From Ginglymostoma cirratum (Eukaryota), in assembly GCA_024137785.1 (NCBI GenBank), contig JAHRHZ010000048.1:5975618-6039617 (forward strand): 64,000 nt of DNA. The letters are read 5' to 3'. The notes beneath the pieces are model-generated. The model did no database searches, was not told the origin of the DNA, and worked only from the letters and a program-made list of their open reading frames with translations. The number at the start of each line of letters is the position of its first letter. Positions within the stretch are counted from its first letter, which is position 1. Below, in pieces: positions 51,961 through 64,000 of this stretch. The position numbers and the translations under genes were made by a program.

Positions 51961-53660
51961 TGTTGATAAATTGGTATAGTACTTGTGGATTGAAAGGCAG
52001 GATGTTAGAATTTGTTTGTAAAATGATGGTGAGCTGGGGTGGGGGGGAGAGGGGGTGTGGGTGGGGGGGCAGTGTGTGGTGGTGGTGAAAGGGGGAATAA
52101 GTGTGTGGTCCCGATAAAAGATGTGTTTCTTTTAGGCTTGGAGATTAAAAACAATGTCTGCAGCCATCAGCAGATGACCAGAGAGTTCTTGAAATTGAAA
52201 CATTGCATCAAAAAGCTATACTGTTATCAGACAAAGCAGCATTTTTACCAAGACAACAGGTTTTAAACTTAGCGAATTAATTTAAACCAGGTCCTAGGTA
52301 CCAAAGCCCAATCAAATTTAAATCTGATGATTTGACAACTTCGGACCGATCCTATTACAAGAAATTAATAAGTCATTAAGGGTATAAAAGAAGATGGCAT
52401 TTGAAAATCGAGGTGAGAGCAAACTACCATCTGTTAAGAGAGCAGCTCTCAACCACCATCAGCTCTAAAGAAAAAGAAAAGCCCTGGCTTTCACAGAAAT
52501 TTCTAAGCTCACTGGCTGTCAGAAATCTCTAAGCTCTCAGAGTAAGGACCATCAAGACAAAGGTACTACAGCACTCTTAGCTAATATTCCTGACAGGAGG
52601 ACAGCGGAGAAGGCAAAGAACGTTCTGAAGACTTATCCTGGCTGTAATTTCGAGAGATTAAGCTTTAATTTTTTTCAATTAATTCAGTTTATGTGTGGGA
52701 ATTGTATCTAATGGAATAGCATGCCAGTAGAATTTTATTTTACTTGTGAATAGTTAGGAGTTAGGTGCGGAATTGTTCGGTTTGTTAGTAGTTCTGTTAA
52801 TTTGTTCACTGTTAGAGTTAGATAAATAAATAGTTACTTGTTGATTATAGAGTGACCATCAGGGTTTTCTTTCATTTAACCACTCCTTCATAACAGATTG
52901 GGAGCTAGTCTGGGATCTGGTTGGTTCCGATACGGGATCTGACCGCATCTGAATGGATTTGGACAGATTTGAACAGATTTGGGGTATGGAAGGTCCCAGC
53001 AGATATAAACAGACTTGGGGATTAGTGTGCTAGATCTTTGAAATAAAGCTTAGGTGAGAAGTGGAAAATCTCAGTTACTTGTGGTTGGTTAAATCAAAAG
53101 TGGGGGAAATAGCTCTTAAAATTGCTAAAGAGGTTCTGGGGTTTGAGGATGCTTCCCAAATTTGCCAACAAAGTTTAGAAATTCAGAGCTAGTTAGACTT
53201 AGCAAACAGGTTAGATTTGAATTTAACAAGGGACAAGAGGAAAGCTGAAACTGTATAGGATTTAGCCAAGCATTTCGGTATACCAGATAAACAGGCAAGT
53301 GCAGTAGAGTTAGAAAAAATTAAACTGAAAATTAGATAATGGGAGTTAGATGATAAAGAAAAGGAGAGCCAGGGCAGAAGAAAAGAAAAAGAAAGAGAAG
53401 AAAGGAGGAAAGAAAGAGAGTTTGAACTTCGGAAGTTGCAAATTAGATAGGATAGCTGACTTAAAATGATGGAAATGAAGATAGAAGATAGGCTTAGTGA
53501 GGAGGAGAATGATAATGAGCAAACCCACCGTAGCCAAAGACTTGGTAGGGATATATACAAATATATCAAAACATTACCAAAATTTGATGAAAAAGATGTA
53601 GAAGCCTTTCTCGTGTTGTTTGAGAAATTAGCTAAACAGATGACCTGGCCAGAGAATATG
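51961..53660 (+). mobile_element. Gypsy-type LTR retrotransposon 5' fragment: LTR (51961-52895), tRNA-Pro-like PBS (52899-52916), decayed gag
   Basis: TGTT...AACA termini, TATAAAA at 52383, AATAAA at ~52825; TGGGAGCTAGTCTGGGAT matches the tRNA-Pro PBS TGGGGGCTCGTCCGGGAT at 15/18; gag-like LPKFDEKDVEAFLVLFEKLA..MTWP. Confidence 0.8.
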
Positions 53661-53849
53661 GGGGTCGTGTTAATTTGGAGTGTGGTTTGCAGTTGGGCGC
53701 AGGGAGATCAAAAGTTGTTCGAATTTATGATGAAGCCTGATGCATCACCATTAGTGACAGGACTGTGTTGTAGTGTCTGTGGACCTGTTGCATTCGTCAT
53801 CTGAATTATGTCACTATTCCTCGAAATAGGTCAAACAGCCCATATATTT

Positions 53850-54760
53850 ATTGCATCTATTAACACTCCATAGTAGCTATAGAATTCACCTCTAGAAGAA
53901 GATGATCACATTCGTCATCTGGGATGTTTGGTGGGATTCTGGTGTATACATAGGTGACTGCTAAGGCTGATTTGGGCTCAAAGGTTCTGCTGTGAGGATA
54001 CTACAGAGGATTACATTTTGGGTGATTCAGTGGCCAGGGTTTCCCCTTGTTTCTCCTGTCTGTCTGCCATATGTGCTTTCAAAGGAGGCTGCACTGTCTT
54101 TTTTAACTCATTGTGCTAGATGCAGTGTTGTCAGGACATGAAACTGATATCAAAACTTCTATGTAAAACCTTCAGATTGCCTTAGAACCCCTCCTTTGAC
54201 TGTCAGGAGTGTACTACTGACTCAGGCTCTCCCTAGTTAGTGAGTGTCAAGCATTCTGGCTGCAAGACCAAACCAGTTCAGCTCTGATTCTGTTTCTCTT
54301 TCCACAGATGCTGCCAGACCTGATGAGTTTCCCTCGCACATTGTACGTGTAATTCCAGTTTCCAGAATTTGTAGTACTTTGCTTTTAGTTGAGCATTTAA
54401 TTCACTGCCACTTCTCTTCCAGGTGTGCCCACACTGAAGAAGTTCTGCTGTCCTCTCCAGTGGGATTGCCAATTGAATCTTTCAGCTTGGTTCTCCTTCA
54501 TTGCTTTCTATTTCCCTCCTACTGTTTGACTAAGTGTTTACCAAAACTTGTTTTCACACCAACATCTCCTTCCTTGATGACTGTCTCTGGCTCCAACTTA
54601 ACCCCTGTGGATTACAACGGCTCCAACTTAACTCATGTGGATTACAACCAAAGTTCCATCCTTTATTTTTTGAATCCACCCAGGATTGCAGGTATCTCCA
54701 AGCCATTTACTGTTCTTTGGACAGTTGTTCTTGCCACATCCTGAGATCCACAATCAGTGC
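53850..54760 (-). mobile_element. Possible RTE-clade LINE remnant containing a 30-bp tandem duplication (54589-54648)
   Basis: Weak resemblance to RTE 3' ORF; the duplication is seen directly. Confidence 0.35.
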
Positions 54761-56164
54761 CATGAGCTGCCACATGCACACTTTCCATTCGACAATAAGA
54801 CCACAAAATGTAGAAGTAGAAGTAGGCCATTCAGCCCATCAAGACTACTCTGTCAGTTGATGAAATCATGGCTGATCTGATAATCCTCAACTCCACTTTC
54901 CTTCACTTTCCACACACCCTTTAATTCACTTACTGATTAAAGATCTGCCTATCTCAGCCTTGAATACACTTAATAACCCAACATCCACAGCCCACTGTTG
55001 TAAAGAATTCCACAGATTTACTACTCTCTGAGAGAAAAAAAATCCTCCACACTTTGGTCTTAAAAGTGAAATTCCTTATTCTGAGACTATGCCCTCTGGT
55101 CCTAGACTCTCCTATGAGGAGTAACACATATCTGTGTTTACCCTTTCAAGGCTCCTAATAATCTTGTATGTTTCAGTAAAGTTGCCTCTCATTCATTTAA
55201 ATTCCAATGAGTACAAGCCCAAACTACTCAACCTTTTGTGCCCCTCCATACCTGGTATCAGCCTAGAGAACCGTCTCTTGTCTGCCTCCATTGTATTTGC
55301 CTTCCCTATTACCTGATGCATTTAGATACTAGCTTTTTGTGGATTCACGGATGAGGACTCTCAATCCTTTTGTTCCGTCGCCTTCTGTAGTCTTTCTCAA
55401 TTTAAATAATATTCAGCTGCTCTATTCTTCCTACTAAAGTTCCAGCCCATCAATTTGGCACTGCTATTCAATTAAATTATAGTTGATCTGATAATCTTCA
55501 AAACCATGTTGTCTCAAGCTCTTCATTAGAACTGCCCCATGTAACCACAAAGCTGTCCTGGTCCCTAGTTCCATGTCATTCTTCACTTCATTTGACGCCT
55601 TAACAAGAAACATTTTCCCGTCCTGTCTGGTATTAAAAATTGCAAGCTCCAATAACTCACAGATACCAATATCAGTCAGTATCGTTCATCCATGCCCAAT
55701 CCCTCTGAATCAATACTTTCTTCTAATCCATATCTTATCATGTATTTGCTATACTTGCTGACCTTCTGCTGTCTGATACTGAGCAATCTGTTATCAGTAA
55801 AGGTAGCAGTCATATATTTAAGGTGAGAGGGAACGATTTAAAGGGACCTGAGGGTGGTGCGGGTATGGACTGAACTGCCAGAGAAAGTGGTATAGATGGG
55901 TATAATTACAACAGTTAAAATATATTTGGACAGGTATATGAATGGGAAAGATTTAGAGGGATCTGGGCTAAACAAAAGCAAATAGAATTAGTTCAGTTTA
56001 GGATACCTGGTTGGCATGGCTGTGTTGGGCCATAGGATCTGTTTTTGTGCCTTATGACCCTATGACTCAATGACTCTGTTTTAACCCTTTATTCCCTCAC
56101 TTCATTGCATAATCAGGCACAAAATGTCATTAAAAGTTTTTTCAACGCCTTGGCATCTGTACTC

Positions 56165-58185
56165 ACATCTTAGGATAGGAGTTCTCTGTCTACTGACCTT
56201 TTCATCCACCTGCAATAGTTTCCCTCCACTTGGGCCCTCCCTCTGGCATCTTACCTCGCTTTGATCTCTTCATCAGTGACATCAGTCTCCTTAATTTCTG
56301 TGCTGTCCTCACCTGCTCTAACCTGTCTCCCTCTGAATTTGTTGCACTCTGTTCTCTCAGGCCTAAACCTGACTTTATTATCAAATTTGCTGACAAGAGC
56401 TGTGGTGTTGTTGCCCGGTGTACTAGCATCTACCTTGCAGGGGCTGAATGCCAACTCCTAGACTTCTTACTTTCCCTTAAACCATGACTCCACCCCACAG
56501 TATCAAGCTGTAGTTTCCAGAACTATCATTGATCTCATCTCCTTTGGAGATCTTCCTTCCATAGCTTCCTACCTCACAGCCCTCCAATGCAGCCCAACCT
56601 GCTTCTACCCCCTTCCCAAAACCCACAAACAGGATTGCTCCGGAAGAGCCATTGTTTAAGCCTGTTCCTTTGCCTTGAACTTATTTATTCCTATCTTGAT
56701 CCTATTTTTCCTTCCCTCGTCCAGTCTCTTCCCATTTAAATTTTTGATTCTTCTGATGCTTTATTTTCCCATTTCCATTTTCCTGGCCTCAGCCGCCTCC
56801 TCTTCACTACATATGTATAATTCTTCTACCTGTCTGTCTCCATCAATAATGTCAAGGCTCTTTACTTCTTCTTTGAAAGGAGGCCTGAACAGTTTCCATC
56901 CAACCACCATCCTCTTTCACCTGGTTGAGTTCATTCTCATGTTGAATAATTTCTCCTTGAACTCATCTCACTTTCTCCAAGTACAAGGTGTGACCCACAT
57001 GGGTCCTAATGTCTGTCTGTCTCTGCGGTGTGGTGAGCTTTACTTGTTTCAGTGTGACTTGGACCCCCTCATATATCTTTTCCTCTGATTTGACAATGGT
57101 ATCATCAGTGCCTCTTCCTGCTGACCTCCAGAACAGGAAAAATTCATCAGTTTAGCATTTAATTTCTATCCTTCTCTCACCTTCCTCTGGAACATCTTTG
57201 ACTATTCCCTTCCCTTCTTTGTTCTCACTTCTGGGGTAGGCTGCCCAGTGAATTCCATTACAAACCCAGCAACTCCCATAGTTACCCTGACTATACTTCG
57301 TCACATCCTGGTTTCAGCAAAGGTTCCATTCCATTCTCCCAGTTCTCCTATTTCCGTTGCATCTGTTCCAATGTTGTCAACTCCCATAGGGGTGCTTCCG
57401 ACATGTCCTCCTTTTTCCTCAACTGAGGATTCTTTCCCTCTTCACTGCAGTTGTCAGGGCCCTGAGCTGTGTTGAACCCATTTCCACACTTCTTCCCTCA
57501 CCCCTTCTCCTCTGTCCTAGAACAATGATAGGGTTCCCATGTCTTCACTTTCCATCCCATCAGTTCCTGCATTGAAAGGATCCTCTGCCACTTCTTCCAC
57601 CTCCAGCAGGATGTCAATACCAAAGACATCTTCCCCCTCTACTTCCCTTCCGTGTCAACATACCACAGGAAATATTCACTCTGCAATGTCCTGGTCTACT
57701 CCTATGTCACTCCAAATACCTCTTCATCACACCTTCCCTCCACCACCCCCCACATCCCTGCCCCACCCCCACAATTACCCCTTCCCATTCAATTGCTGAA
57801 GGAGCCAAGCTTGCCTTTTTACCTCCTTCTACCTCATTATCCAAGACCTCCAAACTCACCTTCCAAGTGAAGCAAAATTTACATGTACTTCCACCAGTTT
57901 AGTCTACTGTATTCATTGCTCATAACATGGTCTCCTATGCACTGGGAAGACCAAATCTAGACAGGGTGAACACTTTGCAGAACACCTCCACTCTGTCTGT
58001 AAGAATGACCCCAACTTTCCGGTTTCTTGCAATTTTATTACACCATTTTGTTCTCATGCTAACAGTTGGTACTGACCTGCTGCAGTGTTTCAATGATGCC
58101 CAACACAAGCTGGAAAACAGTACCTTACTTTCTGCATAGGCACTCAAGAGTTTTTAAGGGCTCAAAATTGAGTTCAAAAACTTTT
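56165..58185 (+). mobile_element. Old degenerate Neptune-type Penelope element (RT to GIY-YIG)
   Basis: IIKFADKSCGVV (IIKPADKGGAVV-like); 57180-58180 is collinear with the younger copy at 24270-25230. Confidence 0.8.
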
Positions 58186-58660
58186 TCAAAATTCATTCCC
58201 TAACTGCTGCGTGAACTGACTGGCTTGACAGGACCACTTCAGAGGGCAGTTAATTAAGAGTCAACCACATTGCTGTAGGTCTGGAGTCACATGTAGGCCA
58301 GCTTGAGTAAGGACAACAGATTTCCTTCCCAAAAAAAGTTAACCAAGTTTACAAAATTCACAATGGTTACATGGTTGACATTTGGCTAACTTTTAATTCC
58401 AGATAATAATTGATTAAAATTTTACCACCTGCCACGATAGGATTTGAACCCAGAGCATTAGCGTGGTTCTCTGGATTACTAGTCCAGTCACAATACCATC
58501 AAGTCAACAGCCCTCATCATTCAGTCCACGAACTCTTGTCCTCCATTTTGATTACACTTTGCTCTCCAAACCCTGTACCTTGTTTCTATGGGTTTGCTCT
58601 TAGCAGAGTTGACTTTATTCTCTGCTATTAACACCTACCTTTAACAACTATCCTGCATTT

Positions 58661-58800
58661 ACAAAAACAGAAATTGCTGGAAAAGCTCAGCAGGTCTGGG
58701 AGCATCTGTGAAGAGAAAATTAGAGTAAACATTTCAGGTCCGGTGACCCTTCCTCAGAACTTCTGAGGAAGGGTCACCGGACCTGAAATGTTAACTCTAA
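58661..58800. mobile_element. Family B Penelope mini-element ending in an 81-bp palindrome
   Basis: 40-bp arms at 58720-58759 and 58761-58800 (1 mismatch, 1-nt spacer); CTGAGGA...GAAA on both strands. Confidence 0.85.
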
Positions 58801-61129
58801 GTTTCACAGAGAGTGGCCATCTTCAGAAATCCACTAGCTACAGAGAGACGGGCATAATCAGACGGTGACTCACTAACACTGGTAGTCCTTTGAAAACAGG
58901 CTTTTCAGATTAGTGGCAGCATGCATGGAGGATTGGCCTTTGTAATTACCAAAAAAGGCAGGAGCTATTCTATTTTTGAATATTGTTTATTTGTTTATGT
59001 ACCAGATGATTTTATTTAGTCTTTTTACAACATACCACTTGATTGATCAATTCTCTCAAGCAGCAGAAAATGCCACGGTAAAAAGAGAACTACTAAAGCT
59101 ATTGGACAGATTCATTAATTATATGTAAAATTATCCATAAAAGCAAAAAGAGATGCAAGTGTCTCAGCAGTGTTTTCCTTATGTAACGTATGTGAACTGA
59201 AACCACAATACAATAATAATAGGAACTATATACTGTTCTGATGATAGGTCAGAGACCTGAATTGGGATGACTCAGAAGATTTTTAAAAGTGGCAGATGGG
59301 ACTGAGGTACAGTAGTTCTGCGTCTATTTTTGTCAGATTCCATTTTTTTTTGGCAGGGAGAAGAGGGTGGATTGAATAACGCAGGAATAAAACCCAATAT
59401 TGGTGAGGCCATTTGATTTGACTACTGATCAAAAATACACCCAATTTTGATGTTCCAATGGCCTTAATCCACAATGTGGGAACAATAATTTTATAGAGAA
59501 GATATAAACATTGCAAAGGGGTCTTTTTAAGTATCATGATTTTAAATCCCCAACCTTTTAAAATTGAAAAAATACCGCATCTTTCAGGCCCTTCAGGAGT
59601 GCATTGATTGACAAGCAATCTGGTGCAGCTCAGAAAGATGCCATTAGCCACCTGTTTTCACAATTTCAGTAGACTCCAGTCTTTAAATCTCCCAAAGTCC
59701 GTTATTATATTTGAACCCTTTATGAATGATTGGCTGAGTTTCAAAGGATACAGAACCGTTAGTAGGGGCCATGTTCACTTTTTGATTGACAATACAAGGA
59801 AGTTATTAAAGAGCAATTTGTCTTTTATGTAGCAAGGGAGATAGATGTTTTTGTAACAGAATAATCATGGGAAGGTAAATTTAAGAACCGGAAAGCATTA
59901 AAAATTTCTGAAAGGATTTTATGAATTAGCAGGTTTTTAATATGGAATACACATAAGTGAGAGCTGTATCTGATTGTTAGAAGTTGTTTTCATCATTTCT
60001 ATTTCAAATCCATGGCTTCTAGAGATTTGCTCTTTAATGATACTAGAAAAGTATCATTATTATGGACCACACAAAGAAGTCAGATTGGAACTATGATGGC
60101 ATGTAGGAACCATGCATAATGTAAAGGGGTGTAGAGGTAGCATGTGGAATATGAAGCTGCATGGACAGTAAGAAAGGGCAAGGGGAGATTTAGCAGGGTC
60201 ATGGGCAACATGAAGAGTTTTGGAGCTGGCAGATGTGAAGATGAAAGTGCATGGAGGATGAAGAAAAATAGAGGGATGACCATCGTGAATATGAGGGGAC
60301 ATATGGATATGACTGGCATGGAGATGGTATGAAGGCATTGACATACATGTGGCCAGGGAGGGTGCACAAGATACATGGAGGGATGAACGAAAGCCCACGC
60401 AATACAGCTGCAATCAGAGGTTGGCAGCCATGTATTCAGAGGGAGTGGTGTCTGCTGCCAACAATGCTGCCACCAGAGACCCGAGATCAGTGAGGAATCC
60501 TGGCTACAATTGAGTGATGGTGGGATCAGGTTGCAAAATGCAGTTTTGGTAGAGGGGGTGGGGGGTGGGGAGGGAGTTGGGCTCAGCAGCAAAGGCTGTC
60601 AGTGGGCAACCTCTCTTCATGATGCTAGGTCCCTTGATGAGCGACCTATCCTTGACATCTACAGTCAATCTTGACAGGGTTAACTTAGTAGGTTTCCCAC
60701 ATGGAGGGCCCCTTGCATTGTCACTAGGGTGGGGGGGACCTTTAATTGCCATAGAGGCAGGTGAGATTCCCAGTTGTAATTAAATAACCCTTCCAGACCA
60801 CCAGACACCTGAGAGAAGGCATTAATTCCAGCCAATGAATCTTCACTTATGTGTGAACTACTTACGTCTGAACTACTCCTCATATTTGAATTCTTTGAAG
60901 ACCATGCTGTCAATCACATTCAAAATATGAAAATATCCTTTGAAAGTATAACATCCAGAATCTCAAACCCCTGCTAAAGCCAACTGTCCTGCCCAACACA
61001 AATAACAAAATATACTTAATTTATTTCAGCTTCTGATCTGCAATTTCATAAGGATGATAGATTTCCTAGCCTCTATTTTGACAGAGTGAGAACAAAGAAG
61101 AAAATATGAATTTTAAGCATTAATTTCAA

Positions 61130-62455
61130 ACTCAACTGAGTAGGCAAAATTTCCAATCCTCATCAATTTCATCTGCTATCTTTGCAGCAGGTATTCCATA
61201 TCTTGCACAAACCAACTTTGCACACGCTTTCAACTTGAAAACCATGGAATGCTTTACTGCAGAGAAAATTAGTCTCCTGAGCATTTCACAGGAAAGGGGC
61301 ATTACCTCTATAAACACGCGGCTTTGGTCACATGCCATCAACATGTCCATGTAGCATGAAATTTGTTCTGTTGATTAAAGGGAGAGAAGTGCCTACAAAA
61401 ACATCATGGATTATTTGACTGCAATCAGCAGAGCCCTGTAATCAGAGTTTAGCACATCTAAAACAAATTGAGTCTGCCTTGCCATGTGTCTCTACATTCC
61501 ACTGTACTTTATGCATCAGCTGCATGTTGAAATGGACCATATGTTACCTCTGTACTGTAATAGTAAACTGCATTCTAATTCACTCTAATGATGTGTCCTA
61601 CTGCATTTAAGGATTCACTAGTGTAAAGGCTTATTGCACTTCACAATGGTCTTTAGTGCATCTAGCTACTTATCACACAGTGGCCACAACAGGTGGAATT
61701 CTACTCCTGCACCTATTGTCTATTGTCTACTGTCTAATTCCAGGGAATGACCCATTTCTCTTAGAGTATACTTGGTATGCAACCTTGAAGCTACCGTACA
61801 TAATAACATCCCATGTATGCATTAAAAGCCTTCAATTCCTTGTTCTGTCTTACGACAACTGCTGGCTGCTAACATAGGAACATACTGGTCAATACCTGTC
61901 TTTCAAGCAGCAGTCTTATTGCCATAATCTTGATAAAATCCTTTGAACCTGGACAGAAAGCAATGAAAGCTTTGAAGGACCCGTTGACACATTCATCACC
62001 TTTTCTCATGTCAGCTAAGAATAATATTAGAACAAAGGCACCACAAGGTGCATAGAGCTCCTGGGATGACCATCAGCCATACTCGACATTTTGCAGCAAC
62101 ATTTCCAGATCAAGAGAACAAATCAGGATACCTTCAACAATATCAATCTACCATGGTTTTGAAGAGCTTCATAATTTTGTCATCAAACATCTGTTGGAAA
62201 TAAACCAGATGAAGGAGCAGTGAACTTATCCACAGCTTAAAGCAGAACAAGATTGGCCACTGCATGCTATCATATTCCCGATGAGTCCTCTATGTAGAGT
62301 GCATAACTTGTCTTCTAGTATCTCTAAAGATCAGATCTCTAAAAGCTATGGATTTGAAATAGAAATAATGAGAACAACTTCTAACAATCAGATAAAGCTC
62401 TCACTTAAGCATATTTCACATTACAAACCTGCTAATTCATAAAATTCTTTCAGAA
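61130..62455 (-). mobile_element. Heavily decayed Gypsy-like pol remnant
   Basis: SRVFIEVMPL...LKAC...ARYGIP resembles an integrase core; upstream RNaseH/RT-like traces are only weakly readable. Confidence 0.4.
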
Positions 62456-63273
62456 GATGTCCACACTGAGATGCAGTTTCAGATAACTCGAACTAAACAG
62501 CCGTTTTTTTTTTATACAGGGAATGCTCAACCGAGTGCCACATCAGCCTGAGGTGCTCTGATGAAACGTTAGCTTGCTCTCCATGGATGCTGACCCATTG
62601 TGAAATCCAGCATTTTTTGTTTTCAGTAGATTCCAGCATCTGCAGTAATTTGCTCCAGCTGCCATGTCAGCCTGATGTACTAAACAGCACAGGAGCACAC
62701 TTTGTATCCTCCCAAATCATTCTCATCAATTGTCCTCAACACCAAATCAATTCAGATATCAATTCATTCATCTACTGTTAACATATCCATTCAGAAAGAA
62801 AATATCTGGGTGCAGTTTAAATGCAATTTAACTAAATATAATTATTTTGATTAGAATATTTGGTTAAAGATTATTATCCCCAAGGCTTTCCCTTTATGAT
62901 GATATTTGTTTTATGTATTACAATGTTGAGAAGCATCTAAAAGCAGTAAACAAAAAAAAAAATCCAGGAACTGCAGATGCTGGAAATCAGAAACAAAAAC
63001 AGAAATTGTTGGAAAAGCCCAGCAAGCCTGGCAGCATCTGTCGAGCCAAGGAAGAGTTAACGTTAATATTTCTGTTTTTGTTTCTAAAAGCAGTACCAGT
63101 GACAAGAGTAAGTCATGTTCTTGGTTGTATGTAGTCAAATCCATTTGTGATCCAGTTAACTCTGTAATTGGCACCATGATTTCAGTAATTTGTTCTTAGA
63201 ACTTGCCTACATAAATGAAGAGGAATAAATGTTATAATCTAGCTGCAAGACAGCCCTTCACATTTGGAGGTTA

Positions 63274-63427
63274 GAGATAAAAGGTACTGCAGATGCTGGA
63301 GAATCCGAGATAACAAGCATGGGGCTGGATGAACACAGCAGGTGTTCATATTAGGCCCGAAACGTCAAGTTTTCCTGCTCCTATGATGCTGCTTGACCTG
63401 CTGTGTTCATCCAGCCCCATGCTTGTT
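63274..63427. mobile_element. Family A Penelope mini-element, inverted plus forward arms
   Basis: TSD acatttggaggtta at 63260-63273 and 63428-63441. Confidence 0.88.
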
Positions 63428-64000
63428 ACATTTGGAGGTTATATAGTTAGTAATGTGTCTTATAATGTAGCAGTGTGTATGTGTGAGTCCCCACCCCCTT
63501 AAGCTTTTCAGAATGCTCCAGCCTCTTTTGTACGATGTTCCCTGTCACTCTGGCAAAAAAATCCTGAAAGTACAAAGAGAAAAATGGTTCTTTATCCTTC
63601 CTAGCTTTTTTTAAAATTATAACTTAAGCATTACAGCAGTAGTGTCTCTACAACTAGAGTAATACGTCATAGAGTCATACAGCATTGAAACAGACCCTTT
63701 GATCTAACTCATCCATGCTGACCAGGAATCGCAAACTAAACTAGTCCCATTTTCCTGAACTAATTTTATGAAAGAATATAGTTTCTCTGCTCATTTGAAT
63801 CATCTGATTTGTGTATCCAAATTGTCCTTTTTCAAATTAATTCACAGGATATGAACATGATTGGCAGGGCCAGTATTTGTTATCCATCCCTATTCGCCCT
63901 TGAGAAGGTCATGGTGAGCTGCCTTCTTGAACCGCTCCATTGCTATAGGTGGACCCACAACGTTGTTAGGGGAGGAATTCCAAGATTTTGACCCAGCCAC

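Noticed and set aside
62500-62660. Possible SAXO exon 3 after a strong tttttatacag acceptor
   Set aside because: The in-phase translation has no SAXO-like motif and runs into a Penelope mini-element remnant

Overview
Vertebrate genomic DNA, most likely a shark or other elasmobranch, judging from HE1-like V-SINEs, Deu-domain SINEs, CR1 LINEs and Penelope elements. Two genes sit head-to-head around a CpG island at about 25.7-26.2 kb. EFL1 (EFTUD1; minus strand) has a probable non-coding exon 1 and six coding exons, 731 nt, giving a continuous GTPase-domain frame that runs off the left edge. A SAXO-family ciliary gene (plus strand, SAXO2 by synteny) has coding exons at 26268-26305 and 47789-47968. 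The rest is intronic and mostly transposon-derived. Five points stand out. (1) Many Penelope-derived mini-elements carry minimal hammerhead ribozymes, often as fold-back palindromes with 13-16 bp target duplications; one intact ribozyme lies sense in an EFL1 intron. (2) A LINE family has a tRNA-like head leading straight into the AP endonuclease with no ORF1, plus SINE-like deletion derivatives. (3) There is a tandem array of about 130-bp tRNA-like units. (4) A short telomeric insertion is flanked by a duplication. (5) An RFX/CRE-rich bidirectional promoter separates the genes. Repeat family names come from motif recognition, not database searches, and repeat boundaries are approximate.
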